A DNA stretch of 63,113 nt, counting the filler, from Stramenopiles sp. TOSAG23-6 (lineage: Eukaryota), in assembly GCA_900128565.1 (NCBI GenBank). It is 8 parts of 8 records of this genome, joined end to end, with 100 filler letters (N's around TTAATTAATTAA, not from the genome) between each part and the next. Parts side by side here need not be neighbours in the genome. Positions count along the whole stretch, not along the records: positions 55,324 to 63,113 come from LT636519.1; 7 more parts are not named here. One strand, 5' to 3'. Below are positions 59,401 through 63,113 of the stretch, piece after piece. The first letter of the stretch is position 1; the number at the start of each line of letters is the position of its first letter. The notes under the pieces are model-generated. The model did no database searches, had not been told where the DNA came from, and saw only the letters and a program-made list of their open reading frames with translations. The translations under genes and the position numbers were made by a program.

Positions 59401-61069
59401 TTACTTACTTGTATTCATCAAACTTTCCCATCTTTTCCAGTATTGATTTGATTTTTCAATTGTGAGTAAAGTTGAGTAAATTGATAATTTCAGGTGAGAA
59501 AATTTCTCCAAAATTTTCACTTTTGATTCTGTTTTTCTACAATTTTGTATTTTATCCTTTACAAATGAAATTAACCATAAAATATAGTTGAGAGCTTCAA
59601 ATCTACTACACTCATTTTCTTTAGTGTTCGGCGATTGCACAACACATTTTAAAGAGACAAATCTTATTTCTCTTTCAAAAAATGTACAAAATTCATGCTC
59701 AAATATCAGAGGAGTAGAACTTGTTGGTCCATTCAAAATCGAATCTGTACCAAATTTCGTACCTAACGAATTTCGATTTTTCTGAGTGTAACAAAAAGTC
59801 CCAAATTGTACATTGCTAAATGAAGCATATATTGATGTACATGATGAATTATTTTCAAAAGTCATGTTATTTTTTGAAAAAAAAAGAAGTATAGTATTCA
59901 CTAAACTACGTCTATAATGCCAAAGTGACTCATTACCTGGGAACCTGTCCATTAATGTATCTAATACGTCATTCTGATCAACTATAATAGAATGCATGTA
60001 TTTTGGAAAAATATTTTTTTTTAGTAAACGTTTTTGTTAGGTACAAAATTTCGTACGAAAAATAAATAAATTTAAAATTGATCCTGAAAACATACATTTC
60101 TTTAGGAGATATATTTGTGTCAGAAAGAAATCCAAATAAAATGGACACATAATGCCAACCAGAAAAATCAGATATATGTAATCTAAGCCAAGTATTCATA
60201 TTTCTGACTTCTTTTTTTAATACTTGAATTAATTGAGAATCGATTTTTTTTCGTTGTTTTTCATCAGTTGAGAGTGATATTTTTTGTGTATAATTTCCTA
60301 CTATTTTTTTCATAATTATACACCGATGAGTCCAAGCATAGTAATTGCGCTTATAACCATACGAACTATGACTTTCTACTGACCGCTCACAAATTACAAA
60401 TTCCGCAAGGTATAATTTCTCATGCCAACGGAATTGTTCAATTGGTGAATTTGTAGATTTAGTATATACTTGATATGCTTTGTCTAATAATTTAGGGTGG
60501 CATAATAACCATCGTCTATTTTTCCATGTTTCTTCACTTTTAGGATGATGACGAAGCACAATATCGTTGAAATGCAACTCATCCATAAAAGCATCTTTTG
60601 GAGAATATTTTTGGGCTGTACTACATTTAGTTTCGTTTCCATCGAAAATACAACTCTTTTCAATCAAAATACACTTTCTTGCATTCCATGCGGCAGCACA
60701 ATCGCCGTTAATAAGCAATAAAACTCTTGTGCTGCACTCTAAGCTGATAACATCACGTTTTTTTGTTGTGTTTTTTACGCTTTTTCCAGCCTTTTCTATA
60801 CTCACTGATTTCCAATGCTTTCGCTTATAAACAAAATCTTTCCACGCACTCTCATAAATCCACGGGGTACACCATAAAGCAATTCCAATCTTATGTTCTA
60901 CATAAGTAAAAGCCTGGTTAGCACCGGGTATAAAGCCAATCTCATCAATAAGAGGGTCTTTATGAAGGAAAGCACAAAAGCGTTCATAGAAATCATCATC
61001 AATGGATGCTAAGTTTTGACGGCGAATGCGCTTACCTTCCTTTCCTCGACATCTTGATACACCATGCAT
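59401..61069 (-). CDS. PTAR1: Protein prenyltransferase alpha-subunit repeat protein; exons 61069-60096, 59995-59401
   Basis: IDEIGFI, AAWNARK, PKSEETWKNRRW, NYYAWTHR, HISDFSGWHY, FPGNESLWHYRR. Confidence 0.85.
59996..60095 (-). mobile_element. Introner-like intron, GT-AT
   Basis: 100 nt; join reads SPKE-M-HSIIV; the two next downstream AGs give stops. Confidence 0.88.
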
Positions 61070-61381
61070 AGCCAAGTATGACACTGCGACTGCGTCTAAT
61101 TATAAAACTCCATTCTTCAATTGATTTGAGATTTAGGAGGATTCAGTGAAATCGGAAGGTTTCGATTTCAAAAAGAGGATTTCCACATCATCTGAAATCG
61201 CAATCTCATCAAGTCAGAATCAGATTCTGACTCGAACACCCTAACCCTAGGCGGCAACAACATGCACACGTGTCACGTATAGGACCGCGCAATTATTCGG
61301 CGGCAAATATTGAATATTTATACGTACACAAAATTGAAAATTTTTTAGTGTTTGGAGGTATTAAGCATTGCATTGAAAGTA

Positions 61382-63021
61382 ATGGTTGATGCTCGTCAAC
61401 ATAGAAATGTTGTGGCAACAGAATCTTCAGAAAATGCTCCAATGCCTGCCATCGTTGTGCGAGTGGCACAATCTTCTAAGTCTTTGTTGCTTCGACAGTT
61501 TGAATCTATTGTAAGCGACTCTGGTGAATGGACACATACGTGCATACACTGTAATAAAGTTATCTCTAATGCGAAACTTCTAATTCAAGCGCGTGCAATT
61601 GCACATGTTAAAATATGTGTGTCAATCAGTGATGATTTGAAGACGCAATGTAATGCAAATTTAAAGAGAAATGTTAAAGCTTTAAATGGTGTAGTTAGGT
61701 CACAATTTAGAACAGAAGCTACAGGTAACACCTTTACTCATACGTGTATTCACTGCTTAAGAGTCGTTTCGAGAGCTTTACATTTCAATACAACGCGCGC
61801 ACTTGAACATATTTCTACATGTACAATAGCATCAGATCAAGTTAAAACTGATTGCGCTGCCACCTCTCAGAAAGCAAAACGGAAGAAAATGAATGCGTTA
61901 GGAGAAATGTATGTTTTATTTTTTTTCAAATTTGAGTTTTTTTCGTACGAAATTTTATACCTAACGATTTTTTTTTGAAATATTTTTCCAAAATACATAC
62001 GGAAAGGAAAACAGATTATCAGACAGAGAGTAAGAAATAGTACCGGTAATTTGCACACTGTTTCACATCATAATCCAAAAACAGTTCTTTGTTATGGCGA
62101 CTCGAACACCTGGGGGTATGATTCTGTAACTGGGTCTCGTTTTGCGTTGCATATGCAAGTTTTCAAAATTGAATTTAAATTTTTTTTTTTTTTTCAAACT
62201 TTTTAGTACCTAACAATTTTTTTCTACAATATTAAAGTATTTTTTCACTATGCATCCGTTGGCCTGGAGTTGTACAAACCATGCTTGGCACAAATATCAG
62301 AATTGTTGAATGTGGCTTAAGTGGTCGCACAACAGTAATGGACGATCATGCATGTGGATATGTATGTTTTATTTTTTTTTTTACAAAAAAATCGAATTTA
62401 TTTTGTTTTCGTACGAAATTTTGTACCTAACAAATTTTGGAATTTTTTTTGAAATATTTTTCCAAAATACATCTTGCTTCTAATGCAGACCCTAGTTGGT
62501 GCAACGGCAGAAAAGTATTAGGACCGACTCTTCATACTACAAAACCTATAGATCTCGTCATATTATTTCTTGGTACAAATGACCTTCAAACAAAATACAG
62601 AAAGACCGCGGCTGATGTACGTTTTATTTTCTTTTTAAACAAAAAAAACAAAAAAATCGATTTTTTTTTTTATAAAAATTTTGTACCTAACAAAATTTTT
62701 TAAAATTTTTTTGAAATATTTTTTCATAATCTATATTGCGTATAGTTGTGGGATTCTAATTGATGACATTGTCACAAGTTCAGTTTGCGCTCAAGGAAAT
62801 CCAACTGGTCCGTCTATGTATCCAGACTATCGCACAAAAAGAAATAAATTTCGTGGAACTAATCCTGTCCCACCTTCGATCATCTTGGTCTGCCCGGCGT
62901 CCTGTACCAATGAAAATTTTAGAGGATTTGAAGGTACACTTGAAAAATCAAAAAATCTTGGAAAAGAATACAAAAAAGTAGTTGCGGAAAAATCATTGTT
63001 ATGGAAGAAATATGGTCTCAT
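61382..63021 (+). CDS. SGNH/GDSL hydrolase with two N-terminal BED-like zinc fingers, 3'-incomplete; exons 61382-61908, 61999-62154, 62256-62361, 62473-62616, 62735-63021
   Basis: CYGDSNTWGYD..H-I-RWPGV..GLSGRTT..LFLGTND..AAD-IAYS assembled only after excision. Confidence 0.85.
61909..61998 (+). mobile_element. Introner-like intron, GT-AT
   Basis: Full consensus, in-frame phase 2. Confidence 0.85.
62155..62255 (+). mobile_element. Introner-like intron, GC-AT
   Basis: AT|GCAAGT...GTACCTAAC...CACTATGCAT; join reads RFALH-I-RWPG. Confidence 0.85.
62362..62472 (+). mobile_element. Introner-like intron, GT-AT
   Basis: Full consensus; join reads ACGY-LASN. Confidence 0.88.
62617..62734 (+). mobile_element. 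Introner-like intron, GT-AT
   Basis: Join reads TAAD-IAYSCG. Confidence 0.85.
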
Positions 63022-63113
63022 GTATCTTTTATTTTTTTTTTTAAACAAAAAAATCGATTTTTTTTTCGTACGAAATTTTGTACCTAACAAATTTTAGGTT
63101 TTTTTTTTGAAAT

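Noticed and set aside
51-63097. Many short F/K-rich ORFs sharing YEILYLT, VRNFVPN or LGTKFRT peptides
   Set aside because: Translations of the intronic element in different frames, not a protein family
3-63113. Elements as U12-type AT-AC introns
   Set aside because: No ATATCC donor, branch motif ~40 nt from the end, and copies lacking the upstream AT still join in frame as GT-AT

Overview
AT-rich eukaryotic DNA from a flagellated protist (SPAG6/PF16, PGPGxY-repeat and CEP131-like genes; TTAGGG-type repeats; lineage not determinable here). It is eight unrelated ~7.8-kb contigs joined by artificial N/TTAATTAATTAA spacers. Genes include a receptor-like LRR-EGF-TM-HECT ligase, CCT6, RPS18, an ABCD transporter, a pseudouridine synthase, PNKP, XRN2, TFIIH p62, ATG8, SPAG6, DnaJ, PTAR1, glycosyltransferases and an SGNH hydrolase. 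The main result is a family of about 40 copies of a ~90-190 nt element: GTAYGTTTT...TTCGTACGAAATTTTGTACCTAAC...TTGAAATATTTTTCCAAAATACAT. Nearly all copies interrupt coding sequence, always in sense orientation. Removing a copy restores conserved protein motifs, yet most copies end in AT rather than AG. Two unrelated introns (RPS18 intron 1 and 258-356) also appear to be GT-AT, and canonical GT-AG introns coexist. This points to an introner-driven expansion of non-canonical GT-AT introns in an organism with relaxed or altered 3' splice-site recognition. Splicing is inferred from reading frames only; there is no transcript evidence.
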